From: Isurus oxyrinchus
Taxonomy: Eukaryota
DNA length: 64,000 nt
Assembly: GCA_026770705.1 (NCBI GenBank)
Contig: JANJGN010000016.1
Coordinates: 86,800,001-86,864,000 of the forward strand
Reading direction: 5' to 3'
The stretch's first letter is position 1. Each line of letters opens with the position of its first letter. The position numbers and the translations under genes are program-made. This document shows positions 44,797 through 55,089 of this stretch, in pieces. The notes beneath the pieces were generated by a model, which made no database searches, had not been told where the DNA came from, and was given only the letters and a program-made list of their open reading frames with translations.

Positions 44797-45245
44797 AGTC
44801 TCTCTCTCTCACACTAACCCATCCCTCTCCCTCTCACTCTCTCTATCTCTCTCTCTCTCTCAATCTCTGTCGCTCTCTCCATCTCCCTCCCTATCACTCA
44901 CACTAACTCATTCATCTCATCCCTCTCTCTCACTCTCTGTCTCTCACTCTCTCTCTCACTCTCTCTCTCACTCTCTCTCTCTCTCTCAATCTCTGTCGCT
45001 CTCTCCATCTCCCTCTCACTCACACTAACCCATCCCTCTCTCCCGCTCTCTCGCTCTCTCTATCTCACACTCTCTCTCTCTCTCTCTCTCAAACTCTCTA
45101 TGTCGCTCTCCCTCTATATCTAACTCTCCATCTCACCCTCTCTCTCTCTATCTCTCTGCCTCTCTCTCCATCTCCCTGTCTCTCTCTCACTCTCTCTCTC
45201 TCTCTCTCCCCCTCTCTCTCTCTCACTCTCTCTCAATCTCTATCC
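44797..45245. repeat. (CT)n-rich microsatellite/low complexity
   Basis: Direct observation. Confidence 0.95.
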
Positions 45246-45909
45246 TGCCTTGTCCCTCTGTAGATGTTCTCTGGGTGTGAGTGTTTAATATAAGGGGGTG
45301 TTTGTCAGTATATTTTCGATGCTCTATGGTTTCTGAGCATGGTGGGAGGGGATCAGGGCTCTGTTCTTTGACGTGACGCAGTGATATCTGTCCCAGTCTC
45401 TCAGACTGTGATGCTGTTGTTTTCTGTGACTGACGCTATGATATTGATTGTAATCTCACTCAGTGTGACACGAGGTTACATGTCTTGATCAGTGGTGAGG
45501 GAGGAGCAGACTGAACAAGGAGCTGCAATCATCAGTCACTGCCGAAATCCTTCACACAGCCCGCACACTCCGCAAACTTCTTCACTAAATATTCTTTCAG
45601 CTCCTTAATGAGAGGCCTGGAGCTGAAAAGGGAAAAAGAGAAAGATATCTTTTCGAGAGGCTCATGGACACAATGTACACTGTACATTACCCACTAATGA
45701 CACTCTGTCTACATTTAACTCATTGTTTAAGCTCCAGCCCACCTCCTGTTCCCATCCATATGTTTCAGTCAAGGAGCCTGATAAGCCTCTAGCACAGGAG
45801 GAGGCCATTCAGCCCCTTGTGTCTGTGCTAGCTGTGCACTCGGATCATTCAGAACTAACCTCTCAGTTTAATGTCTGTAATGGGGAAGTGACTGGAACCT
45901 GTTATTAGA

Positions 45910-46935
45910 GACAGAATGAGTGATAAATATGAACTGATCAGAGAGAGTCAGCATGGATTTAAAAAGGATCAGACATCTTTAACTAACCTGGTTACATTTT
46001 TTAAGGAGGTCACTAATGTGGTAGATTCAGGAATGTATATGGAAGTGATTGATATGGATTTCCAGAAGACATTCGAGAAGGTTCAACATGAGAGACTGTG
46101 AATAAAAATGGAAGCAGATGGAATTTGAGGAAACCTGTTGCCATGGATGAGGAACTGGTTAGGAGGCAGGAGACAGAGAGTAGGGATAATGTGTATGTGC
46201 TCCAATGAGCAAGATGTGAATAGTGATGTCCCCAGGGATCTGTGCTGGAGCCTCAGCTTTTCACAATATTTATCAATGATTTGGATGAAGAAATAGAGAG
46301 CCATATATCCAAGATTGCTGCCGACACTAAGTTAGGCGGCTTGGAGGAGGTTACAGAGATGGGGAGTGTCGAGGACTGAGAGGGATTTGAGAACAAGGAT
46401 GAGAATTTTAAAATCGAGACATTGCTGGGCTGGGAGGTCAGTGAGCACAGGGGGTGATGGGTGAACGGGACTTGGTGTGAGTTCAGATCCGGGCAGCAGA
46501 GTTTGGGATGAGCTCATGTTTACGGAGTGTGGAAGGTGTGACTCCGGCCAGGGCAGCATTGGAATCGTCACATTTCAGGGAACAAAGACATGGAGGAGAT
46601 TCTCAGCAGCAGATGGTCTGAGGCAGGCCGGACTCGGGCGATGTTACTGAGGTGGAAATAGGCTCTCTTAGTGATGGAGCGGATGATGTGGTCAGAAGCT
46701 CATCTCAGGGTCAAACTGGACACCATGGCTGTGAACTGTGTGGTTCAGTGTCAGACAGACCCAGGGAGAGGGATGGAATCGGTGATGAGGGAACAGAGTT
46801 TGTGATGGGGACTGAAGACAATGGCAGATGGAGCTCAACGTGGGGAGTGTGAAATCATCCACTTTGGACCGAAGAAAGATGGATCAGAGTAATTTGTAAA
46901 TGGTGAGATGCTGGCAGCTGTGGAGGAGCAGAAAG
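45910..46935 (+). mobile_element. CR1 RT fragment interrupted by a minus-strand L2 fragment (~46340-46820)
   Basis: CR1 peptides LIRESQHGFKK...MDFQKTFEKV and ...ADTKLGG end at ~46340. CR1 resumes with WQMELN.G...IIHFG at ~46822. The insert reads LDFKILILVLKSL...LCNLLQ (L2) on the minus strand. Confidence 0.8.
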
Positions 46936-47609
46936 ATGAGGCCAAGATTGTGAAGAGTCTGGTTCAGCAGCAGACAGTGCTCAGGGAGAGGGATGGAGTT
47001 TGTATCGGGAGCTGAAGACGATGGCTTTGATCTTCCCAATGTGTTTCCCAGTGAGCCTGCCTCCTCAGTCCTGACTGCTCTTAGCTGCTGTGCTTTTCAC
47101 TGATCGGACAGTTATTATTACAGATTCAGACCACAGCAGAAACCCCCAGTGTAAAAAATAACTGCAAAGATTGTCCGATCGCAAGATTGAAACGTAACCA
47201 AGAGAGGAAGTGAAAGAAGGAGCTCAGAGCAGCTGGATGTTTGTTACTGACACGGGAGAAAACTGTGAACCGTGTCCACTACCTAGAATCTTACAGCACA
47301 GAAGGAGGCCATTCAGCCCATCCTGCCTGTGAGTTACCCAGTGAGTCCCACTCCCCCTCTCTGTCCCCATAACCCAGCAAATCTTTCCTTTTCAGGTAGA
47401 TCTCCAATTCCCTTTTGTAGACCTGGGTCCACAGCTCAAGACTGTCTCGAACCTGGGCTCGAAATTGGCATCTCATTCATTCATTGGAAGACAAAATGCC
47501 CGGAGTGGGAAATGGAGCTCAGATCTCCAAACATTCCCTCTCCCCTCCTGAGGGACACTTCATGCTGGGATACATTTCGATGGAATCCGGGAGCACAACA
47601 TGGGGGAGG

Positions 47610-48441
47610 CTGTGGGGTAGCAGCAATGTTACTGGACCAGTAATCCAGAGGCCCAGGGTAACGCTCTGGGGTCACACTTTCAAATCCCACCCTGGCAGCT
47701 GGTGGAATTTAAATTCAATTAATAAATCCAGAATTAAAAGTTAGTCTCAGTCACGGTGACCATGAAACCATTGTCGATTGATGTAAAAACCCATCTGGTT
47801 CACTCATGTCCTTTAGGGAAGGAAATCTGCTGTCCTTACCTGGTCTGGCCTACATGTGACTCCAGACCCACAGCAATGTGGTTGACTCTTCACTGCCTCT
47901 GAAATGTCCTCCCATTTGTACCAAACTGCTATGAGGTCTAAAAGGAATGAAAGCAGACGGACCACCCACCATTGATCTAGACACCGGAAACGACAACAGC
48001 AAACTCAGCCCTGTCCACCCTGCAAAGTCCTCCTGACTGACATCTAGGGACTAGTGCCAAAATTGGGAGAGCTGTCTCACAGACTAGTCAAGCAACAGCC
48101 TGACAGAGTCATCCTCACGGAATCATACCTTACAGATAATGTCCCAGACACCACCATCACCATCCCACCAGCAGGACAGGCCCAGCACAGGTGGTGACAC
48201 AGTGGTATACAGTCAGGAGGGAGTTGCCCTGGGAGTTATCAACATCAACACCCAACCCCATGAAGTCACATGGCATCAGGTCAAACATGGGCAAGGAAAC
48301 CTCCTGCTGATTACCACGTACTGCCCTCCCTCAGCTGGTGAAGCAGTGCCCCTCCATGTTGAACATCACTTGGAGGGAGGACTGAGAGTGGCAAAGGCAC
48401 AGAATGTACTCAGTGTGGAGGACTTCAATGTGCATCACTAA
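47610..48441 (+). mobile_element. tRNA-derived SINE-like head followed by a LINE APE-endonuclease fragment
   Basis: Stem-loop CTGGA-CCAGTAA-TCCAG at 47632-47648 and B-box-like TTTCAAATCC at 47678-47687. Downstream: QQPD.VILTESYL and QDRPSTGGDTVVY...LLITTYCPP...DFNVHH. Confidence 0.65.
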
Positions 48442-48529
48442 GAGCTGCTAGGTGTGTTGAAGCCTCGACCTGATAGCAGGATATTTGACTGCAGGAGCCA
48501 TCACCACTGAGCATAATTCTCTCATCGAC

Positions 48530-49170
48530 AACGTGAATTTTTATAGCGCCTTAACATAAAAAACATCCCAAGAGGTTTCAGAGAGCTGCAGTAAGAGGAA
48601 CGGGGGAGGGGATGGTGGGACTTTAGGAAGAGGGATCGAAGTCTTAGGTGAAAGGATGGAGTTTGATGGAGGAGAGAGAAGCCTGGAGAGGGGGAGGGAT
48701 TAAGGCAGGAATTCAGGGAGCTGGGCCTAGGCGTCTGAAGGCTCTGCTGTCAATGTTGGGATGAATGAAGCAGCGATGGGCAGGAGAGCAGAGTCAGAAG
48801 GTGGAAGGGTGAGGGAGGGAATGTGAGTCTGCAGCAGAACACAGAGGTAGGGAGGAGCGAGGCCATGGAGTGCATTGGAGGGCAGTGAGGTCAGGGGTTA
48901 CAGGTCAGTGAGGTCAGGGATAATGTAGGAACAACACTTCATGTGGCACAGGGTATTGAATGCTGCATTTCGGACAGTTGGGATTTATGGAGCGTGGATG
49001 AAGGAAGCCGGGAGAGGACATCGGAATAATGGAGTCAGGAGGCGAGACAAACAGGGATAAGGGTTTCTGTGGTCAAGGGGCTGATGTAGTGCAGAGACGG
49101 ACAATGTTGTGGAGATGGAAATGAGAGGCTTACGGGATGGAGAGATGTGGAGTTTGAAGCTCAGATACTG
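48530..49170 (-). mobile_element. Old L2-like 3' fragment
   Basis: The reverse complement of an L2-type tail (TTTATAGCGCCTT) is at ~48540, followed by degenerate L2 C-terminal sequence. Confidence 0.5.
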
Positions 49171-49339
49171 GGGGCCCAATGGGAAGGAGGCCCATGTTTA
49201 CTGGTCCCTATTGGAGGCTCCAGTGGGAAGGAGGCCCATGTTTACTGGTCTCTATTGGAGGGTCCAGTGGGACATGGACACCATGGTTGATGTGTGGGAC
49301 AGTTCCTTGTTGTCAATGTGTGATTGTCCACCTTTGAGT

Positions 49340-50315
49340 AAGTCACAAGCAAGGTGGATAAAGGGGAAACTGTAGATGTGGTGTACACGGAATTTTTAAA
49401 TGCATTTGATAAGGTGACACATCAAACATTGCTGCATAAGATGAGAGCTCATGGGCCAGGATTTTGCTCTCGTCGGGTGAACTCGGTGGGGGTGAGAGTG
49501 GGCATTCAGGAAGCCGACCACTGCCGGTGATTGGAGCCTGAGCGGGATTTCACACTGGCGAGCCAATTAAAGCCCTCCCAGCGTGAACCACGTGCTACAG
49601 CGCTCAGCGCTGCCTGTGTCGGGGGTGGGAGGGAGGGGTGTAAGCGGAGAGCTTTGTGCATGAGTGCGAGTCTGCACAGGAAAAGCTCCCTGAGGCACGG
49701 AGCGGCCTGTAAGGTAGCTAAATGTGTCGATCTCATCAAGATGGGTAGGAATGTAATTTGTTAAGAGGAGGTAGGGAGTCTGCAAAGGGATATGGACAGG
49801 TTAAGTGAGAGGACAACAATTTGTCAGATGGAGCGTAATGTGTGAAAATGTGAACCTGGCAGGAAGAATACAAAAGCAGGATATTATTTAAATGGAGCGA
49901 GATCCTGCAGAACTCTGAGATCCAGAGGGATCTGGGTGTCCTGGTGCATGAATCACAAAAAGTTGGTTTGCAGATGCAGGAAGTGATTCGGAAGGCACAT
50001 GGAGTGTTGGAGTTTGTTGCAAGGGGAATGGAATATAAACATAAGGAAGTTTTACTGCAGCTGTACAGGGACGTTGGTGAGACCACATCTGGAGCAGTGT
50101 GTACAGTTTTGGTCTCCTTATTTGAAAAAGGATATAATTGCGTTCGAAGCAGTTGAGAGAAGGTTCATTCGGCTCACTCCTGGGATGAGGGGTTTATTTC
50201 ATGAAGGCAGGTTGGACAGGTTGGACCTCCAGTCAGTGCAATGGAGAAGAATGAGAGGGGATCTTATTAAAACATATAGAATCCTGAAGGGATATGATAG
50301 AATGGATTCCAGGAG
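49340..50315 (+). mobile_element. CR1 RT fragments with an unrelated insertion at ~49453-49715
   Basis: VDKG..VDVVY; HESQKVGLQMQEVIRKAHG; TLVRPHLEQCVQFWSPYLKKD...MRGDLIKTYRIL. Confidence 0.82.
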
Positions 50316-50334
50316 GTTGACCCCACTTCTCAGG

Positions 50335-50790
50335 AGAGAGAAAAAGGAGTAGGTGGAGGGACAAAGAAAGAGAGACAGAAAGTTAGGGAGAAAGAGAGAG
50401 AAAGAGTGAGAGGGAGAGAGAGGGAAAGGAAGAGAAGGGGAGGGAGAGAGAGAGCAAACAAGGAGAGTGAGACAAGAAGAACAAGACAAGGAGACAGGCA
50501 GAACGAGAGGGAGAGAGAGACAGGGAGTGACGGACAGAGAGAGGGAGAGATAGAGAGAGAGTNNNNNNNNNNNNNNNNNNNNNNNNNNNNNNNNNNNNNN
50601 NNNNNNNNNNNNNNNNNNNNNNNNNNNNNNNNNNNNNNNNNNNNNNNNNNNNNNNNNNNNNNNNNNNNNNNNNNNNNNNNNNNNNNNNNNNNNNNNNNCT
50701 GAGAGAGGGAGAGACAGAGAGTGACGGACAGAGAGAGGGAGAGAGAGAGACAGAGAGTGATGGACAGATACTGAGAGAGGGAGGGAGAGA
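50335..50790. repeat. (GA)n-rich tract containing an assembly gap (N at 50563-50698)
   Basis: Direct observation. Confidence 0.95.
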
Positions 50791-50796
50791 GTTGAA

Positions 50797-50893
50797 GAGG
50801 AAGTGAAAGGTGCTGACGTGGTTCTCTCTGGGTGATACCATTTACATACTGAGGAACAGCCAGTGAGACTCTGACAGGCTGCAGCTGTATAAA
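50797..50893 (+). promoter_or_regulatory. Ig light-chain V promoter: ETS-IRF composite GAGGAAGTGAAA (50797-50808), TGACGT (50814-50819), octamer variant ATTTACAT (50840-50847), E-box CAGCTG (50882-50887), TATAAA (50888-50893)
   Basis: Octamer-TATA order and position (~60-115 bp upstream of the leader ATG) match IgL V promoters. The octamer has one mismatch to ATTTGCAT. Confidence 0.8.
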
Positions 50894-50953
50894 GCTGAGC
50901 CCAGTGAAGGGAGAGTTTATCAGTGACCAGGCACAGGGACAGGAGCAGACACC

Positions 50954-51002
50954 ATGATTTCAGCCATCCAGCTGATCTGGCCTCTGGCATTCTGCATCGC
51001 AG
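50954..51002 (+). CDS. IGKV: Ig kappa leader exon (MISAIQLIWPLAFCIA + G)
   Basis: Kozak ACCATG, hydrophobic signal peptide, phase-1 donor AG/GTAC at 51003. Splices in frame to the V exon (G-I-S-G). Confidence 0.93.
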
Positions 51003-51188
51003 GTACAAATCTCTCTCCTTCCACCGTGAATATTTTCCTGCTCTCTATTTCCAGCCAATTCGACTGACTTGTGATTGAAGGGAAAATGCTGAAAGCAGAG
51101 GAACGGTCACTGTCTCTAACAATATCTCATTTTACAGGCTCTTTGTGTGACAGTTCTTACTTTACACTGTTTCTTTATTACCCCTCAG

Positions 51189-51483
51189 GTATCAGTGGGG
51201 AAATCACCATGAAACAGCCTCCCCTGGTGTCAGTGAGCCTGGGCCAGACCACCACCATCACCTGTACGGCCAGTCAGTCTGTAAGCAGCTATATGAATTG
51301 GTACCAGCAGCGAGAAGGACAGAAACCGACTCTCCTGATCTATGGGGCAACAAACCGATTCACAGGAACATCCGAGCGATTCACCGGCAGTGGATCTGGC
51401 ACTCAATTCACCCTGACAATCAGCAATGTACAGAATGAGGATGTCGCTGATTATTACTGTCAGCAACGGCAAAGCTTCCCCTA
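51189..51483 (+). CDS. IGKV: Ig kappa-type (shark NS4/type III-like) V exon, unrearranged and open
   Basis: Acceptor CCCCTCAG at 51181-51188. Reads [22 protein letters not shown]...[15 protein letters not shown]...[35 protein letters not shown] with conserved Cys/Trp/Cys. Followed by a 12-RSS. Confidence 0.97.
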
Positions 51484-51511
51484 CACAGTGATACAGAGCC
51501 TGACAAAAACC
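51484..51511 (+). other. V recombination signal sequence, 12-bp spacer
   Basis: CACAGTG-atacagagcctg-ACAAAAACC; perfect heptamer and nonamer. Confidence 0.98.
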
Positions 51512-51516
51512 TCAAT

Positions 51517-53285
51517 ACACACAGCACCACCTCCTGTACTGACACATCCCACGGTTATATAGAATATATAATAATGGGCACACAGCACCACCTCCTGTAC
51601 TGACCCATCCCCCAGTTATATAGAATATATAATAATGGACACACAGCACCACCTCCTGTACTGACACATCCCACAGTTATATAGAATATATAATAATGGA
51701 CACACAGTCCCACCTCCTGTACTGACACATCCCACAGTTATATAGAATATATAATAATGGACACACAATCCCACCTCCTGTACTGACACATCCCACAGTT
51801 ATATAGAATATATAATAATGGACACACAATCCAAACTTCCTGTACTGACACATCCCACGGTTATATAGAATATATAATAATGGACACACAGTCCCACCTC
51901 CTGTACTGACACATCCCACAGTTATATAGAATATATAATAATGGACACACAGCACGACCTCCTGTACTGACACATCCCACAGTTATATAGAATATATAAT
52001 AATGGACACACTGTCCCACCTCCTGTACTGACACATCCCACAGTTATATAGAATATATAATAATGGACACACAGCACCATCTCCTGAACTGACACATCCC
52101 ACAGTTATATAGAATATATAATAATGGACACACAGTCCCACCTCATGTACTGACACATCCCACAGTTATATAGAATATATAATAATGGACACACAGCACC
52201 ATCTCCTGTACTGACAAATCCCATAGTTATATAGAATATATAATAATGGACACACAGCACCACCTCCTAACTGACACATCCCACAGTTATATAGAATATA
52301 CAATAATGGACACACAGTCCCACCTCCTGTACTGACACATCCCACAGTTATATAGAATATATAATAATGGACACACAGTCCCACCTCCTGTACTGACACA
52401 TCCCACAGTTATATAGAATATATAATAATGGACACACAATCCCACCTCCTGTACTGACACATCCCACAGTTATATAGAATATATAATAATGGACACACAA
52501 TCCAAACCTCCTGTACTGACACATCCCACGGTTATATAGAATATATAATAATGGACACACAGTCCCACCTCCTGTACTGACACATCCCACAGTTATATAG
52601 AATATATAATAATGGACACACAGCACGACCTCCTGTACTGACACATCCCATAGTTATATAGAATATATAATAATGGACACACTGTCCCACCTCCTGTACT
52701 GACACATCCCACAGTTATATAGAATATATAATAATGGACACAAAGCACCATCTCCTGAACTGACACATCCCACAGTTATATAGAATATATAATAATGGAC
52801 ACACAGTCCCACCTCATGTACTGACACATCCCACAGTTATATAGAATATATAATAATGGACACACAGCACCATCTCCTGTACTGACAAATCCCATAGTTA
52901 TATAGAATATATAATAATGGACACACAGCACCACCTCCTAACTGACACATCCCACAGTTATATAGAATATATAATAACGGACAGACCGTCCCAGCTCCTG
53001 TACTGATACATCCCACAGTTATATAGAATATATAATAATGGACACACAGTCCCACCTCCTAACTGACACATCCCACAGTTATATAGAATATATAATAATG
53101 GACACACAGTCCCACCTCCTGTACTGACACATCCCACAGTTATATAGAATATATAATAATGGACACACACCACCACCTCCTGTACTGACACATCCCACAG
53201 TTACATAGAATATATAATAATGGACACACTGTCCCACCTCCTGTACTGACACATCCCACAGTTATATAGAATATATAATAATGGT
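51517..53285. repeat. 61-bp minisatellite in the V-J interval, ~29 copies, with a 671-bp (11-unit) internal duplication
   Basis: Unit GACACACAGTCCCACCTCCTGTACTGACACATCCCACAGTTATATAGAATATATAATAATG. The TCCAAAC variant recurs at 51830 and 52501. Confidence 0.95.
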
Positions 53286-53417
53286 CACTTTACCTCTTAC
53301 CTTACATGTCCACATATGAAGAGCAGCTGAAAGATTTATCATATAAAATTGGGATTCTCAATTCTCCCAACAAAAAAAAGGCATTGAGAGGAAGAGAGAG
53401 GGAAAGAGAGAGTGTTC

Positions 53418-53550
53418 AAGGTGAGTGTGAGTGAGAGACAGAGAGAGGGTGAGAGTGAGTTAAAGGTGAGTGTGAGTGAGAGACAGAGAGAGGGTGAGAG
53501 TGAGTTAAAGGTGAGTGTGAGTGAGAGACAGAGAGAGGGTGAGAGTGACT
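53418..53550. repeat. 45-bp GA-rich tandem repeat x3 immediately upstream of the J RSS
   Basis: AAGGTG starts at 53418, 53463 and 53508. Confidence 0.9.
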
Positions 53551-53569
53551 GAATGAAGCAGAGAGCTGA

Positions 53570-53608
53570 GGTTTTTGTACAGCCCCTGCACTGGAAGCAC
53601 TCAGTGTG
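53570..53608 (-). other. J recombination signal sequence, 23-bp spacer
   Basis: GGTTTTTGT (53570-53578), 23 nt, CAGTGTG (53602-53608; reads CACACTG on the minus strand, CAC intact). The V12/J23 arrangement is kappa-type. Confidence 0.96.
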
Positions 53609-53643
53609 GGTTACGTTCGGTAAAGGAACCAAACTCAGACTGA
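53609..53643 (+). CDS. IGKJ: Ig kappa J segment (VTFGKGTKLRL)
   Basis: FGxGT motif; phase-1 donor A/GTAAGT at 53644. Confidence 0.97.
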
Positions 53644-54294
53644 GTAAGTAAACCCCAATCCTCTCTTATTAACCCTTTCAATACTAAAACTTTCTCAAAC
53701 ACTAATGCTGAATAGTTGAAGGTGTTAGTGAGGAGCTGCAGTGAATGAAATGGTTCAGTGAACAACACTGTGTATAACAGGGTGCCCAGCTGTATTTCTT
53801 TCATTACATTCCCCCCTTTAAGCAGCAAGATAGAAATAACCAACTTTTACCCACCGTCTAGAGGAGATCTGGACGTTTGCAGACTGTGCTGACATTGCTG
53901 CACCATGGACTGAAATCACTCACTAGACTCCTGTCAGTCTCAGTGTGACAGACACGGGCAGAGTTTGATATGAGCTCCGGCTCCCTCTCACAGTCTCTGA
54001 TATAACTGATCACAGCACCAGCACAGTGAGACACCGAGGTCCCACCTCCCCCAGCTTGAACTCTGCTCTCTCCACTCCCTGGTTATCTCTTGGCAAATTT
54101 CTGATGACAAACAGGTAGAGCAGGGCCCACAATCCAGTGGCTTCAGTGTTCCAGGGTTTCGGGGAGACTCTCCGTTTCCCCCGAATGTTTAAATGTCACT
54201 CTCTAGACTCCAGACCTCCCGGAATCTGCTATCCATCTCTCTCCTGAAGACACTGTCTCTGACTGGGGAACAGCTCCACCCTCCCCAAGTGGGC

Positions 54295-54617
54295 TCATTC
54301 CTCCAAGTGACTTGTGCACATAATCCAGGCTGAGACTCCAGTGCGGTATTGAGGGAGGGCAGCACTGTCAGAGGAGCTGTCTTTCAGATGAGACAAACTG
54401 AGGTCTGCCCTCTCAGTGGGATGTAAAAGTTCCCACGGCGCTGTGAGAAGAAGAGCAGGGGAGTTCTTGCGCATTTTCTGTTTAGTATTTATCTCTCAAA
54501 GAACATCACAAAAAAACCTGACTTTCTGGCCATCATCACTCTACTGACTGGGATCTTACTGTGTACAGTTAGCTGTAAAAATCCTGAGATGATGACTGGT
54601 GCTATAGAAATGCAAGT
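54295..54617 (+). mobile_element. Deu-domain SINE (SacSINE1/AmnSINE1-like) in the J-C intron
   Basis: GCTGAGACTCCAGTGCGGTATTGAGGGAGGGCAGCACTGTCAGAGG...CTTTCAGATGAGAC...GAAGAAGAGCAGGGGAGTTC resembles the recalled Deu domain. It ends in an L2-like tail, GCTATAGAAATGCAAGT. Confidence 0.7.
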
Positions 54618-55089
54618 ATTGAGACTGAAGGTTCCTAATCCTGACCCTCGCACTCACACTTTCCATGGTTCATGGTGTCATTCGGAGTCGTGACCTTGTC
54701 TGACCCCCAGACTCTGAGACTAATTGTAGCCTCACCCTTGACCTCTCTCCAGTGCTGGGCAGCAAGGTTTGAAATGAAATCTAGAATCTTCTATACTGAG
54801 ACCCAATCTGAATCCTTTCTGAAGTGGGTTGATCCAAATGTGCTCCAACATTCTGGGATAAAGTTCTCTCGATGTGTGTGTGATCTGAGGATTGTTAATG
54901 TGAACCTGTTTCCTCGGACAGGCTGATCAATAGTCAGAGCTTCCTGACAGCTTAACAGTGTCTTAGAGGGACACTGAGTCTTTAAACACTCTTACTATTA
55001 ACCATTTCAGTGCTGAATTTGTGGTAATCCTCTTTATAAATGTCTAAGTAACAGCCCAATATGATTTAACCAGATTAACATCAAACCTT

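Noticed and set aside
45455-45467. CACTCAGTGTG, identical to the J heptamer context (possible orphan J)
   Set aside because: No nonamer at 12 or 23 bp and no FGxG coding sequence follows.
51071-51188. N-terminal extension of the V ORF given in the track (MIEGKMLK...)
   Set aside because: This is leader-V intron read-through; the true start is the leader ATG at 50954.
53941-54028. Isolated heptamers CAGTGTG (53941) and CACAGTG (54022) in the J-C intron, reminiscent of the kappa-deleting-element intron RSS
   Set aside because: No nonamer at 12 or 23 bp, no second J, and no partner KDE-like RSS seen downstream. Lone heptamers are expected by chance.
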